DNA of 64,000 nucleotides from Candidatus Obscuribacterales bacterium (GCA_965228855.1 CBDDIJ010000005.1:128001-192000); one strand, 5' to 3'. Counted from the stretch's first letter, positions 40,905 through 51,304 are shown. The notes: generated by a model not told the origin, from the sequence alone. Made by a program: numbers and translations.

Positions 40905-41894
40905 CTAGTCGTGCCTATCGCGTTTGATTTTATTATCCAGCTTTTCCTGGCGTCTATCGAGCTTTCGAGCTTCTTTGTTAGTGAGACCGCCACCGGAAGC
41001 CTCCATGCGATCCTGCTGACGCTGCAACTTTGTAGCGTCCTGTCTTATATCGCGAGCTTCCTTTTTGGTGATGCCGGAACCAGGTCGATTGTCATTTTTA
41101 TTTTTCCAGTCATCACGATTGTTGTTGAAATCGCGCTTCGCATCTTTGATGTCATCCCGCATATCGCGCTTCCATTGCTTGTTTGCTTTAGCCGGCCGCC
41201 AGGAATTTGTCCAACCAAGCGGCTGCTTACCGAGCCAACGACTTCTGTCACCGTCGTGACCTTCTTTGTAGATTTTCTCAGCAAGCCGATCGATCTCACT
41301 ATCAAGTTTGACGCGTTCGGCGGGGCTCATGCCGCCGATACTGAGCTTGCGTTTAAGTTCGTTAACCCGAGCAAGCTGGCCCCGAAGCCGATTCGCCTCT
41401 GCAGAGGTAATGGAACCGTTTCGGACTCCGGCGTTAATGCGGGCCTCTTCATCGGTCGTCATCGTGTCTAAATTCCAGTGTTGCCACGCATTCAAATTCA
41501 TGTAGTTGTTGAGCCGTCCGCCGTTTCCACGAGCCCAATCCCAGGGCTTGTTGCCCAGCCATCTTTGCCTGTCACCATCTTTGCTTTCTTTGTAAATTTG
41601 TTGTGCCAGATTGTCGAGTTCTGCATCGAGCCTCAATCTCTCGGTTTTATTTAAACCATTTACGCCCAATCTGGACTTTAAACTGTTAATTTGATTCAGG
41701 CGATTTTGAAGTTTGTCAGCCTCAGCCTTGGTTAATGAACCGTTTTTGACTCCAGCCGTTATACGGGCTTGTTCGTCCGTCGACATGGTGTTCAAATTCC
41801 AGTGCTGCCACGTAGGTAAATCAAGAAAGTTTTGCGCGCTGGCAGGAAGGGCTATCGCAGCCCAAAGAACCACAGATAACGCTGTTCGTTTCAT
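40905..41894 (-). CDS. Secreted helical-repeat protein (ARI..GV.NGS.T..EA..L repeats)
   Basis: AGGAG RBS, signal peptide ending ASA, two long repeats starting WQHWNL and a third shorter repeat ending HD. Confidence 0.85.
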   Translation of the reverse strand: MKRTALSVVLWAAIALPASAQNFLDLPTWQHWNLNTMSTDEQARITAGVKNGSLTKAEADKLQNRLNQINSLKSRLGVNGLNKTERLRLDAELDNLAQQIYKESKDGDRQRWLGNKPWDWARGNGGRLNNYMNLNAWQHWNLDTMTTDEEARINAGVRNGSITSAEANRLRGQLARVNELKRKLSIGGMSPAERVKLDSEIDRLAEKIYKEGHDGDRSRWLGKQPLGWTNSWRPAKANKQWKRDMRDDIKDAKRDFNNNRDDWKNKNDNRPGSGITKKEARDIRQDATKLQRQQDRMEASGGGLTNKEARKLDRRQEKLDNKIKRDRHD

Positions 41895-41967
41895 TTTAAA
41901 AATCACTCCTCGCTGTGGCTGACTAGATTACTCTATGTTCGCGCGAGAAACATTACCTTGCAGGCTA

Positions 41968-42756
41968 TTATTTATCGTCGTACATGAAAGCGCCCCAGCC
42001 GTCTTTGACGACGGTCTGCACACGAGCCCGATCCTTGGCAGCCAGGTCTTTCTTGCCGAGTTTTTCATATGCCAGGGCACGACTGGAGTAATACTTTTCA
42101 AAATCGACATCGAGACCATTCTTGCGAGGAACTCGATCAATTGCAGCCGTGTAGTCGGCCGCAGCCAGGTCGTATTTGCCCATCTGCATATAGATGTCGC
42201 CGCGAGTTTTGTAATTGGCTGCAACTTGCGGTTTCTGAACACGAATTGCACTGCTTGCGTCTACCAGTGCTTTCTTTTCATCCTTGAGAATTGTCCACAT
42301 CTTGGACCTGACGCGATAGTAAAGGTCGCCAGCCGGATCGATTTTAATTGCCCGATCCAGAGCTTTGATGGCGCCACGAGCATCACCATTCTGATAATGG
42401 GCGCGTGCGGCAATCTCGTAATAGTCAGGATTTTTGTCGGAACCTTCCAGCGCTACGGCTTTGTCGATGTCTTTTATCGCGAGAATGTTTTTGTCTTGCG
42501 CACAGTAGATGTTAGCCCGTAAAGCGTAAGCGGGACCGAAGCCTGGAGCGCCCCTGATTTGACGATTCACGACCTTTAGTGCGTCAGCAATCTGGTGACG
42601 AGAGTACAAACGAAGTGCAACGTTATAGTCGTGGAGGTCAATAGCGCCGACTGGAAGAATGCTCCAGGCGACGCAAACGCTTGGCAAAATGAGGTGGAAA
42701 AAGCTTAGTTTGCTCTGTCGCTTCACTAACAACCCCACGGCAAGCCACAAAACCAA
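41968..42756 (-). CDS. Exported TPR-repeat protein
   Basis: Multiple TPRs (AIKDIDKAVAL, YKTRGDIYMQMGKYDLAAADYTAAI). The start is probably downstream of 42756. Confidence 0.8.
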   Translation of the reverse strand: MVLWLAVGLLVKRQSKLSFFHLILPSVCVAWSILPVGAIDLHDYNVALRLYSRHQIADALKVVNRQIRGAPGFGPAYALRANIYCAQDKNILAIKDIDKAVALEGSDKNPDYYEIAARAHYQNGDARGAIKALDRAIKIDPAGDLYYRVRSKMWTILKDEKKALVDASSAIRVQKPQVAANYKTRGDIYMQMGKYDLAAADYTAAIDRVPRKNGLDVDFEKYYSSRALAYEKLGKKDLAAKDRARVQTVVKDGWGAFMYDDK

Positions 42757-42777
42757 TTTAACCGAACCACTCCAATT

Positions 42778-43659
42778 ATGCCAGTCGCTAATAACGTGAA
42801 TGGTAGAAGCCCGAACTACACCTTAATTTCACCGCCCGCCCCATCAAGCCATAAAACAGCTGTGAAACTGTTTGCCCTCTGCCGGTCTTGTGCAAAGAGA
42901 CGCTACATTGGAAAAGGTGACATATTAGAGGCGTTATCTGTGATTGTTCTGAAAAAAGTTCTCAGTCATCGAATCGAGCAAGAGAAGGAAGGTCTCTGGC
43001 GAATTGTATTTCATCTGCCGACCTCGACAAACTGCTGGGTGCTCGAAGAAAGTGACGGCTTAACTTTGGTTGATGCAGGATGCGAATGGAATGCTGGCAC
43101 CATATTCGATACTATAGGAATGATAGGTAAGCCACTGCGACGTATAGCGATCACACATGCTCACCCTGACCATGCTGGAGCTGCCGCAGAGCTCGCGCGA
43201 ATGACAGATGCATCAGTTTTCATACATGAGCTAGACATGCCGTTTCTCACTGGCAGCGACAGCCTGGGTGAATTGTCGGGAAACACACTCTCGCATGCGT
43301 TTCATAGAGCTGCGAATTGCCTGGGTCTGTTAAACCCACCGGCAGTTGAGAGGCCGGTTGCAGTTCAGGAAGGAGATATGATCGGCGATCTAAGAGTGAT
43401 CCATACTCCCGGACATACGCCAGGCAGCGCCTCCTTCTGGTCCGAACGGCATCAGGCTCTATTTGTCGGAGACAACGCAAGCAATCGATTCAATTTGTTA
43501 TCGATCAATTTGTCTGTATTCACTCTTGCCCGACCGCAGCTAGTAGAAAGTTTTGAAAAGTATAGAGACTATGATGCCAGGCTCATTTTACCCGGGCACG
43601 GTCGCGCACATCATGCGCGAGATGCTACCGCAAATTTACTGCGTTCGGCGAATATGTAA
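42778..43659 (+). CDS. MBL-fold metallo-hydrolase
   Basis: LVDAG, THAHPDHAG (HxHxDH), HTPGHTPGS, FVGD, LPGHG. The true start is probably near 42940. Confidence 0.9.
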   Translation: MPVANNVNGRSPNYTLISPPAPSSHKTAVKLFALCRSCAKRRYIGKGDILEALSVIVLKKVLSHRIEQEKEGLWRIVFHLPTSTNCWVLEESDGLTLVDAGCEWNAGTIFDTIGMIGKPLRRIAITHAHPDHAGAAAELARMTDASVFIHELDMPFLTGSDSLGELSGNTLSHAFHRAANCLGLLNPPAVERPVAVQEGDMIGDLRVIHTPGHTPGSASFWSERHQALFVGDNASNRFNLLSINLSVFTLARPQLVESFEKYRDYDARLILPGHGRAHHARDATANLLRSANM

Positions 43660-43720
43660 GGCTAAGCAACTTTCGTGAACTATTCCAGATTCTTTAATTG
43701 CTCGTCAATGTGCTACACGA

Positions 43721-45115
43721 TTGGTAATGAAAAATGGACCGAACCACACGCCTACTGAAGTGCCACATCTGTTGCGCCGAGCCAGGGGACAGCTTTCGAA
43801 GCTGTTAGGAACCTACTGGTTCATACCATCACTCATGTGTCTGGGCGTAATTTTGATGGCTTCAGCCATCACCTATGTCGACACCAACTTGCACAGCAGT
43901 TTCGACATTCCATGGATCTACATAAACAGTCCAGAAGGCGCCCGTTCTGTTCTATCTACGATTGCCGGCTCGGTGATAACCGTTGCGGGTGTCGCATTCT
44001 CGATTACTATCGTCGCCCTAACAGTCACGTCCACACAGCATGGTCCACATGTGGTATCGAATCTGATGCGCGATAGAGGCAACCAATTCGTACTTGGAAC
44101 GTTAACATCAACTTTCCTTTACTGCCTTCTGATTTTACGAACTGTTCACAGCGGGAGTGACGAATTTCCCCTCGCCCTTTCGATCGTGGCGGCGGTGCTT
44201 CTGGCACTTGCCAGTATCGCCATGCTAATTTATTTTGTCCATCACATCTCAAACTCGCTACGCGTAGAAAGCTTGATCGAGCGAGTCACAATTGACTATC
44301 AGGATTCGCTTGAGCGGCTGTACCCAGAAATCATCGGCAAAGAGGCAGCGAAAAAGGTCAAAGAGAACTCGGAGCTCCCACCCTCTATGGACGAGTCAAC
44401 GCCCATTTTTGTTCGAAAAAAAGGTTATCTTCAAGAATTGCGTCCAGAGGAAATTATGGACATTCTAGTCGAGTACGATGCCGTTTTGACGCTTGTGAGA
44501 CAACCCGGTGATTTTCTAATTCCGGGGGAAGTCCTTGGACAGGTCGTTTTAAAAGAACGAAAAAAACTGAGAGACATAGAAAACGACATTAACGGAGTTA
44601 TCGCTGTCGGCAGAGGTCGAAACGCAATTCAGGACTTGCGCTATCCCGCATCTCAACTTCTGGATGTTTCCATGCGTGCTCTATCTCCCGGAGTCTGCGA
44701 CTTGCTGACAGCGATTCTGTGCATCGATGAAATGGGCGCGGCACTATCGGCGTTGATGGAGCGAGAATATCCGTCGCAGTTTCGAGCGGACAAGGACGGT
44801 GCCATACGTCTGATTGCCAGACCTGTCGAGTTTGCGGATCTGCTCCAACTGACTCTTGGAAGTTTGATACCTAATGTGCCACCGGAGCAGTTCATTGTTG
44901 GGTTGCGAATCATGGAGATCCTGGGCACTTTGTCGCAGAAAGTCACATCGAAGAAAGATTTTGATCTCATTCGCACACTCGCTGACGAGTTATACACGCA
45001 GTTTTCTTCAGGACTCAACAGCGACTTGCAGAAATCAAGGTTATTTCAATGTTACTCTAACGTGTTGACGTCGTATGGTCGTGAATTATTTTCCAGCCAG
45101 CCGATGTATTCTTGA
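43721..45115 (+). CDS. DUF2254-type predicted membrane protein
   Basis: YWFIP, ARSVLSTIAGSVITVAGVAFSITIVAL, QFVLG, YFVHHI, GYLQ, RALSPG. Confidence 0.85.
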   Translation: MVMKNGPNHTPTEVPHLLRRARGQLSKLLGTYWFIPSLMCLGVILMASAITYVDTNLHSSFDIPWIYINSPEGARSVLSTIAGSVITVAGVAFSITIVALTVTSTQHGPHVVSNLMRDRGNQFVLGTLTSTFLYCLLILRTVHSGSDEFPLALSIVAAVLLALASIAMLIYFVHHISNSLRVESLIERVTIDYQDSLERLYPEIIGKEAAKKVKENSELPPSMDESTPIFVRKKGYLQELRPEEIMDILVEYDAVLTLVRQPGDFLIPGEVLGQVVLKERKKLRDIENDINGVIAVGRGRNAIQDLRYPASQLLDVSMRALSPGVCDLLTAILCIDEMGAALSALMEREYPSQFRADKDGAIRLIARPVEFADLLQLTLGSLIPNVPPEQFIVGLRIMEILGTLSQKVTSKKDFDLIRTLADELYTQFSSGLNSDLQKSRLFQCYSNVLTSYGRELFSSQPMYS

Positions 45116-45539
45116 GCACAAGAGTGAAAACACCTTCTAGCGGCTGCTTCTCTTTGCGCTCCAGATGCCAATGTCCGACGCAATAGGCGCTATCTGCTCC
45201 TACGTCAATAACCTTAAGTTCCGAAAACTCGAGCGTCCCCATGGTATCACGACTGGTACCATAGGATTTCGTGTACTTCTGCCTGAGAGCCTCATATCCC
45301 CAGTACTCCTGACCGCCTGATGTATAAGAAGTGTCGGGCGATTCGTAGTATCCGGTCAAAAACGTATCGAGGTCTCCGGAATTCCAGGCATTCTTTTGCA
45401 TGTCAATCACTTTTATGATGGCATCACGCGAAGCTGATTCGGATGCAGGCATCGCCGCGACCGTTCCGTTCACAACTGACAAAGCTAATACCACGGAGAA
45501 GGCCACAATTGTGACGACCTGAATTGTCTTAAACCTCAT
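45057..45539 (-). CDS. Exported SnoaL/NTF2-like (DUF4440/YybH type) protein
   Basis: AGGAGG RBS before ATG 45539; AWNSGDLDTFLTGY, MGTLEFS, GVFTLV, GWKIIHDHT. Confidence 0.88.
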   Translation of the reverse strand: MRFKTIQVVTIVAFSVVLALSVVNGTVAAMPASESASRDAIIKVIDMQKNAWNSGDLDTFLTGYYESPDTSYTSGGQEYWGYEALRQKYTKSYGTSRDTMGTLEFSELKVIDVGADSAYCVGHWHLERKEKQPLEGVFTLVLKNTSAGWKIIHDHTTSTR

Positions 45540-45555
45540 GCTTTTTCCTCCTGAC

Positions 45556-47478
45556 TCATTTCCCTTTGACGAATTCATGGAAACCAGACTTCGATTCCTC
45601 AATGAGCATCGTGAAACCTTTGCTCTTGAGATAGTCGATCTGCTCTCGCGATACAAACTCCTGCGGAGAGTCGCAATACAGATTGAGTATGATCTTTATC
45701 GGAGCCTTAGATGGCATCGTCCCTAATGCTTTAATATCGTCGTCAGACAGCTTGATAAATTTCAAATCAATACGATGCAAGCCCCTCAGCTTCGAAATCT
45801 GCTTAACAGCATCCCGTCCCAGTTTCGTTCCATCCAGCTTAAACTCACGCAGTTTCGTTAGTGACTGACAAGCAGTCCAGTCGAGATTCTCACCCCCCAA
45901 GCATCGGTTCAGATCTAACCGTTCTATGTGGGGAAGTGAACAAATGCTGTCCAAGATTTCTTGAGTAAGAGTGACTTCGTGAATACCAAAACCACTCAAC
46001 TTTGGAAGTTCTTGAAGTTCACGTAACGCATCGGGATCAACTTCATTTGTCTCACCCAGTTCAATAATCCGAACATTGGAGAGACGAGCCAACTGCCGCG
46101 TCATTGCATGGTTGATCGGACGGTCGTGAAAATAGAGTTCGATTATTCTGCAGTTTTTTAGGGCGATTAGACCTGCAGGTGACACGTCACAGCTACTCAA
46201 ATCAATATTGAATGGAGCTTTGGGAGCAAGCTCCTTTACGAAACGAGCGAGCTGCTTGTCATTGACGCTGGTGTCCGGCTCCCACGTTTTATTCCTCAGA
46301 TAAAACAGCTTCTCGATCTTGATCTTATCGAGAGGGTCAACTCGAGCGCCGCTCACCTTAACCTCATCGCCATGAGGAGCTCCCGTCAACGACGAACTAC
46401 TGAGGTCGCCTGCTTCCATTTTGGGTTTGTCGCTGTCGGCTCGCTTTACCAGCGACATCCAGCCTATCCCGACAATCAAGGTTAATCCCAAAATTAGACT
46501 GGCAAAACCCAGTTCTCGTCTGGATAACGGCCGCAAACCCGATTTTGCCTCAGAGAGGGTTAGTGAAACGTCTTCGGCGCCGATCGACGAAATCTCCCGT
46601 TTCAAGACCTCGATTATCACATCAACTTTCTGCTGGCGCTTGTCCGCATCTTTAGAGAGAGCGGTGAAGACCATGTCTTTGAGAACGTCCGAGAGAGGCT
46701 CTTCGTTTGGATTTTCCAGCGCCGGCGGTTCCTCATTCAAGTGCATTGAGATGGTATCGACAGCGGTGCGACCAAGAAAAGGAGGTCTGCCCGTTAAAAC
46801 TCGATATATCAAACAACCAAAAGAGTAAATGTCGGAGCGATGGTCGATCTCTGCTTCTCCGCGGATCTGTTCCGGCGACATGTAGGTCGGTGTTCCTACG
46901 CTCGCGCCGGGAGCTGTTAGACGCTGCTCTTCTCCCGTTGCTTTCGCCAAACCAAAATCAACTATCTGAGCCACAATCGTGTCATTAGTTTTGACAAGCA
47001 TAACATTGCTTGGCTTTATATCCCGATGAATAATCGAACGATTATGCGCGTGAGACAAACCTTGCGCGATCTGGAGAAAGAGATTGAGCGCCTCACCGAG
47101 CGGTAATAGTCCTTTGCGTTCAAGACGCTCAGCAAGACTTTCACCCTTTACGAACGACATGACCAGATAAGGATCATTCGTTTCCGTCAGACCAAAGTCC
47201 AGAACACTCATTACGTTAGGATGGTTCAACGCACCGGCCAGCTGAGCCTCGCGTTGAAAGCGGAGCGCCTCATTCTGACTTGCTGCGCGCCTGAGCATCT
47301 TAATCGCAACAAGTTTATCCAGAGTTGTATCTCGGGCTTTATAGACAACTCCCGCTCCGCCCTGACCAAGAATTTTTAAGATCTTGTAGCGCTCCGGCAG
47401 TGCAGTCGGCAAAGCTGCAGCGTCGATGGATGGCGCGTCTCCGCCGGTTGTCTCGTCAGTCCCCGAAACATCCGTCAC
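45556..47478 (-). CDS. Hanks-type Ser/Thr kinase with TM helix and extracytoplasmic LRR-like region
   Basis: LGQGGAGVVY, VAIK, HRDIKPSN, DFG, GTPTYMSPE, SDIYSFG; TM; LxxLxL repeats. Confidence 0.93.
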   Translation of the reverse strand: MTDVSGTDETTGGDAPSIDAAALPTALPERYKILKILGQGGAGVVYKARDTTLDKLVAIKMLRRAASQNEALRFQREAQLAGALNHPNVMSVLDFGLTETNDPYLVMSFVKGESLAERLERKGLLPLGEALNLFLQIAQGLSHAHNRSIIHRDIKPSNVMLVKTNDTIVAQIVDFGLAKATGEEQRLTAPGASVGTPTYMSPEQIRGEAEIDHRSDIYSFGCLIYRVLTGRPPFLGRTAVDTISMHLNEEPPALENPNEEPLSDVLKDMVFTALSKDADKRQQKVDVIIEVLKREISSIGAEDVSLTLSEAKSGLRPLSRRELGFASLILGLTLIVGIGWMSLVKRADSDKPKMEAGDLSSSSLTGAPHGDEVKVSGARVDPLDKIKIEKLFYLRNKTWEPDTSVNDKQLARFVKELAPKAPFNIDLSSCDVSPAGLIALKNCRIIELYFHDRPINHAMTRQLARLSNVRIIELGETNEVDPDALRELQELPKLSGFGIHEVTLTQEILDSICSLPHIERLDLNRCLGGENLDWTACQSLTKLREFKLDGTKLGRDAVKQISKLRGLHRIDLKFIKLSDDDIKALGTMPSKAPIKIILNLYCDSPQEFVSREQIDYLKSKGFTMLIEESKSGFHEFVKGK

Positions 47479-48270
47479 TTAGTACGCTCCTTGCTGACTT
47501 ACTCCTCGCGGAATGTAATTGGACATTCCGTTTGATTGAAGGTAATTATAAAAGGACTCGCGAAGCTCTTCTCGAGGGACAAATGGACCGGTTTTGAAGT
47601 AAACGGTTGTGCCTTTAAATGCAATTGTTCGTTTGCCAAACTCGTCGTAAGCGGATTCCGTACTCCGCGATGTGATCGAACCGTCAGGATTTGGCGTGAG
47701 CACTTTCAGCGCACGCGACTGCACGACCTGCTTGATTCTTCGAGTCCTCGCGTCCACAGTTATTGACATTCCCTCGCCACTGTAGCTAAGCACGTCCGGA
47801 CGCGGTGGTGAGTAGTTCTGCGTCATCCAGATCGAGTAAGAAACCTCGCCGCCCCCCTGACCAAAGCCGACCGCTGGCAGCGGGTAACAATGCCAGACGT
47901 TGTTTGCGGAATCAACCTGACTGCCCCAGCTGGTGCTTGATTGAATCTGACGAGAGACACGGCTTCCATCAGCGTATTCAATCATCTCGACGTTTCTGGT
48001 CCAGCGACCGGCAGCCCACGCGGGCACGATCACCCAATTGTCGACTTTGGATTTCTCCAGCGAATTCGGATCAAAAATCTGTCCAGGACGGTATTGATCG
48101 GGAACCGGATGGATGACATCCTCGCTCACTCCGCCTTGCAGAGGCAGTGCGAAAACCGGTGCGAACAGCGGATATGTCGCCAACGCTAAACCAATAGCTA
48201 AACATCCTGACAGTGGTCGCCGCAACTTTCGGACAACGTCAACCATGAATTGCACTTTCAACAGCTCCAC
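47479..48270 (-). CDS. Hypothetical exported protein, abutting the kinase gene
   Basis: Signal peptide ending VFA; its stop codon directly precedes the kinase GTG. Confidence 0.7.
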   Translation of the reverse strand: MELLKVQFMVDVVRKLRRPLSGCLAIGLALATYPLFAPVFALPLQGGVSEDVIHPVPDQYRPGQIFDPNSLEKSKVDNWVIVPAWAAGRWTRNVEMIEYADGSRVSRQIQSSTSWGSQVDSANNVWHCYPLPAVGFGQGGGEVSYSIWMTQNYSPPRPDVLSYSGEGMSITVDARTRRIKQVVQSRALKVLTPNPDGSITSRSTESAYDEFGKRTIAFKGTTVYFKTGPFVPREELRESFYNYLQSNGMSNYIPRGVSQQGAY

Positions 48271-48385
48271 TTACCTCGGATTCACCAGATTACTCGGATG
48301 TCATAGCTCTCGCCCATTCTACAACTTTCGTTGAGGTTTGCTATTTAGTGAGAGCAAAAGGACGTTCCAAGTTTAGAATGAAAGC

Positions 48386-50110
48386 ATGATAGACAAATTC
48401 GAAATCGCAAACTTACTGCGCGAAACCGGCGTTTTACTCAGCGTTCAGGGCGGTAATCCCTTTAAATCCAAGGCATATCTAACAGGCGCAAACGCACTTG
48501 AAAGCCTGTCGGAGGACATAGAAACAGTTATTTCCGAAAATCGTCTAACCACTGTTCCGGGCATCGGTCCCTCCCTTTCCGCCTTTATTAAAGAGCTATT
48601 TGAGACAGGGGAGTCGAAGGTTCTGAATCGCCTGCGGGAAGAATTGCCGGCGGGAGTAATCGAACTATCACAGGTCCCGGGCCTGACTTTGAAACGCATT
48701 CAAGCACTCAATTCGGAACTCGGAATTACCAGCATCGAGCAACTCGAAGCCGCATGCCAGGCTGGTCATGTACGAAACATCAAAGGCTTTGGAATTAAAA
48801 CCGAAAAATCTATCCTTAGCGGAATCAAGTCTTACCGGGAAAACCGCGCCAAAATCCATTTGTTCAATGCGCAAAAACTGGCCGCAGAGTTTCGCAAACA
48901 CGTTAAGAACTCAGCCCGCCTGAAGCATATTGAAATTGCAGGCAAGATAAGAAGATGGCACGAAGTTATAGATGAAATCGAAATCGTTGCGGAGTCAGCA
49001 AAACCACAAACTGTTTTCTCTGTAGTGCAATCGTTTCCGACAGTAACCAGAATTGAGGACGAAACAGATAACAAGATTTCCGTACGCCTCGCTGATGGTA
49101 TCACTGCAACTGTTTATGTCACGGAACAGTTTGGAGCGAAATTAGCAGAGCGCAGCGGGTCAGGAGAGCATGTAGAGAAACTGAAAGAGCTCGCCAAGAG
49201 ACAAAGCCTGGATTATACGGGCGATGAACTTTTGAAAAACGGTCAGACGTTAGAATCAAAGACTGAAGAGCAGTTTTTTAAACACCTGCACATTGCTGTG
49301 ATACCGCCTGAATTACGAGAGGGACTGGACGAAATCGATCTAGCGGCTCAAGAAAATTTCGAAGACTTGATTCAAATTTCGGACATTCAGGGCATGACTC
49401 ATTGTCATACGACCTTCTCCGATGGAAGAGATTCGGTTTTGGAAATGGCTCAGGCTGCCGAAAGAATGGGAATGCATTTTCTCACGATAACGGATCACTC
49501 ACCCACAGCTCACTATGCAGGCGGACTGCCTGCAGACGAACTGAAAGCGCAATGGCGCGCTATCGATGAAGCTCAAGAACAAGTTGGCATCAAACTCTTA
49601 CGCGGCACCGAGTGCGATATTCTCGCTGACGGTCAATTAGACTACCCGCCGGAAATTCTCTCGCAGTTTGATGTAGTAATAGCGAGTGTGCATTCGCGGT
49701 TCCGTTTAGACCGTAAGGATATGACGAAAAGACTGATTAACTGCATGCAAAATCCACACTTCAAAATCTGGGGGCATCCACTAGGTAGATTGATTTTACG
49801 TCGCGACCCAATTGACTGCGACGTAGAAGCGATACTGGATGTGATGGCAGAGTCGCCAGCGGCCATTGAAATAAACGGCGATCCATATCGCCTGGACATA
49901 GAGCCGAAGTGGGCACGGGCAGCTAAAGAACGCGGAGTCAAATTCATAATCTCCACAGACGCACATTCCACTCGCGACTACAACAACTTAAAGTTCGGAA
50001 TACACCAGGCAAGGCGCGCCGGACTGAGGCGCAACGACGTTTTGAACGCTTTGCCGGTGGAGGAATTCGCCACGTTTGTAAAACCCGACAAGTCACGCAA
50101 TACGACCTGA
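48386..50110 (+). CDS. polX: PolX-PHP family protein with non-canonical polymerase site
   Basis: NPFKSKAY, HhH VPGIG, IPPELRE; PHP motifs HCHT..SDG, TDHS, GTECDI, SVHS, GHPLGR, EING, STDAH. Confidence 0.93.
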   Translation: MIDKFEIANLLRETGVLLSVQGGNPFKSKAYLTGANALESLSEDIETVISENRLTTVPGIGPSLSAFIKELFETGESKVLNRLREELPAGVIELSQVPGLTLKRIQALNSELGITSIEQLEAACQAGHVRNIKGFGIKTEKSILSGIKSYRENRAKIHLFNAQKLAAEFRKHVKNSARLKHIEIAGKIRRWHEVIDEIEIVAESAKPQTVFSVVQSFPTVTRIEDETDNKISVRLADGITATVYVTEQFGAKLAERSGSGEHVEKLKELAKRQSLDYTGDELLKNGQTLESKTEEQFFKHLHIAVIPPELREGLDEIDLAAQENFEDLIQISDIQGMTHCHTTFSDGRDSVLEMAQAAERMGMHFLTITDHSPTAHYAGGLPADELKAQWRAIDEAQEQVGIKLLRGTECDILADGQLDYPPEILSQFDVVIASVHSRFRLDRKDMTKRLINCMQNPHFKIWGHPLGRLILRRDPIDCDVEAILDVMAESPAAIEINGDPYRLDIEPKWARAAKERGVKFIISTDAHSTRDYNNLKFGIHQARRAGLRRNDVLNALPVEEFATFVKPDKSRNTT

Positions 50111-50203
50111 AGAATATAGACCTTGCGGCAGACGAGAAATCACACGTTTAAAGATTACGAGCGAAACGGTTTTACACTATTGAAAAAAACAGGATTGCAC
50201 CAG

Positions 50204-51238
50204 ATGTCTAACGACAAACTGAATTTAGATTACGCACCAATGGAAGCGGAATTGAAAAACGCTCTGCCGCCTGGTGATAAGTGGATTTTTGAACCAAAGT
50301 GGGACGGATTTCGCTGCATTGCTCACAGAGACGGGGATGAAATCAACCTGATCTCTAAAAGTGGACAGAACCTCGGTCGCTATTTTCCGGAAGTAGTTGA
50401 GACGCTGTCCAAGTTGCAGGCAAAAACCTTCGTGATCGACGGAGAATTGGTTGTTCCTGAAGGCAACAGCTTTTCTTTCGACAATCTTCTTCAGCGCATA
50501 CATCCGGCGGAGAGCCGCGTAAAAAAACTTTCGAGAGAAACGCCGGCATTGTACATCCTGTTTGACATACTTGAAAGCGAAGATGGAGAAGTTATAGTCC
50601 AGTTGCCGTTCGAGCAGCGTAGGGCAAAGCTGGAAGCGTTTGGAAAGCGCGTACTAAAAGATCTGAAGACGATTATAGTGACGCCGATTACCACTGACAG
50701 AGATACTGCTGATGCGTGGTTTAAAAAGAACTCCGAGTTTAACGACGGAGTCATCGCCAAGCGCGCGGATCTGTCCTACCAGAGCGGTAATCGCAAAGGT
50801 ATGATCAAGGTTAAGCGGCAAAGAACCGCAGATTGCGTCATCGGGGGGTTTCGCTTCGCTAGCGGTTCATCCACCGAAATTGGTTCACTACTTCTGGGAC
50901 TCTACGATGACGAAGGTGAATTACATCACGTTGGATTCACGTCAGGCTTTGCTTCCGTCGACAAGAAGAAATTGTCACAAGAATTGCTCGAGTTGAAAAC
51001 GGATGTTTCGTTCACAGCCAACGTACCGGGCGCGCCGAGCCGGTGGAGCACCGCCCGTAGTACCGAGTGGGTGCCGGTCAAACCGCAGATAATCGTAGAG
51101 GTTCGTTTCGACCATCTCACCGGCGGACGCTTCAGGCATGGCACGAAGCTTCTTCGACTACGCCCGGACAAAAGGCCAAAACAATGTACCTTTGAGCAAT
51201 TGGGCAAGCAAAGCGACGACCGGCGTGATTTGATTTGA
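50204..51238 (+). CDS. ligC: ATP-dependent DNA ligase, LigC type
   Basis: EPKWDGFR, IDGELVV, LFDIL, DGVIAK, IKVKRQRTADCVIGG, SLLLGLY, LigC-like PSRWS and RFRHG..LRLRPDK..QCTFEQL. ATG 50204 preferred over TTG 50123. Confidence 0.9.
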   Translation: MSNDKLNLDYAPMEAELKNALPPGDKWIFEPKWDGFRCIAHRDGDEINLISKSGQNLGRYFPEVVETLSKLQAKTFVIDGELVVPEGNSFSFDNLLQRIHPAESRVKKLSRETPALYILFDILESEDGEVIVQLPFEQRRAKLEAFGKRVLKDLKTIIVTPITTDRDTADAWFKKNSEFNDGVIAKRADLSYQSGNRKGMIKVKRQRTADCVIGGFRFASGSSTEIGSLLLGLYDDEGELHHVGFTSGFASVDKKKLSQELLELKTDVSFTANVPGAPSRWSTARSTEWVPVKPQIIVEVRFDHLTGGRFRHGTKLLRLRPDKRPKQCTFEQLGKQSDDRRDLI

Positions 51239-51304
51239 GTTTCATTCTATAATCGGATCGGGAGACCTGTTCGAACTCAGTCCGTTACATTCTCGGAAAT
51301 CAGG

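Noticed and set aside
48386..51238. NHEJ operon
   Set aside because: There is no Ku gene, and the ligase lacks the LigD polymerase and phosphoesterase domains.
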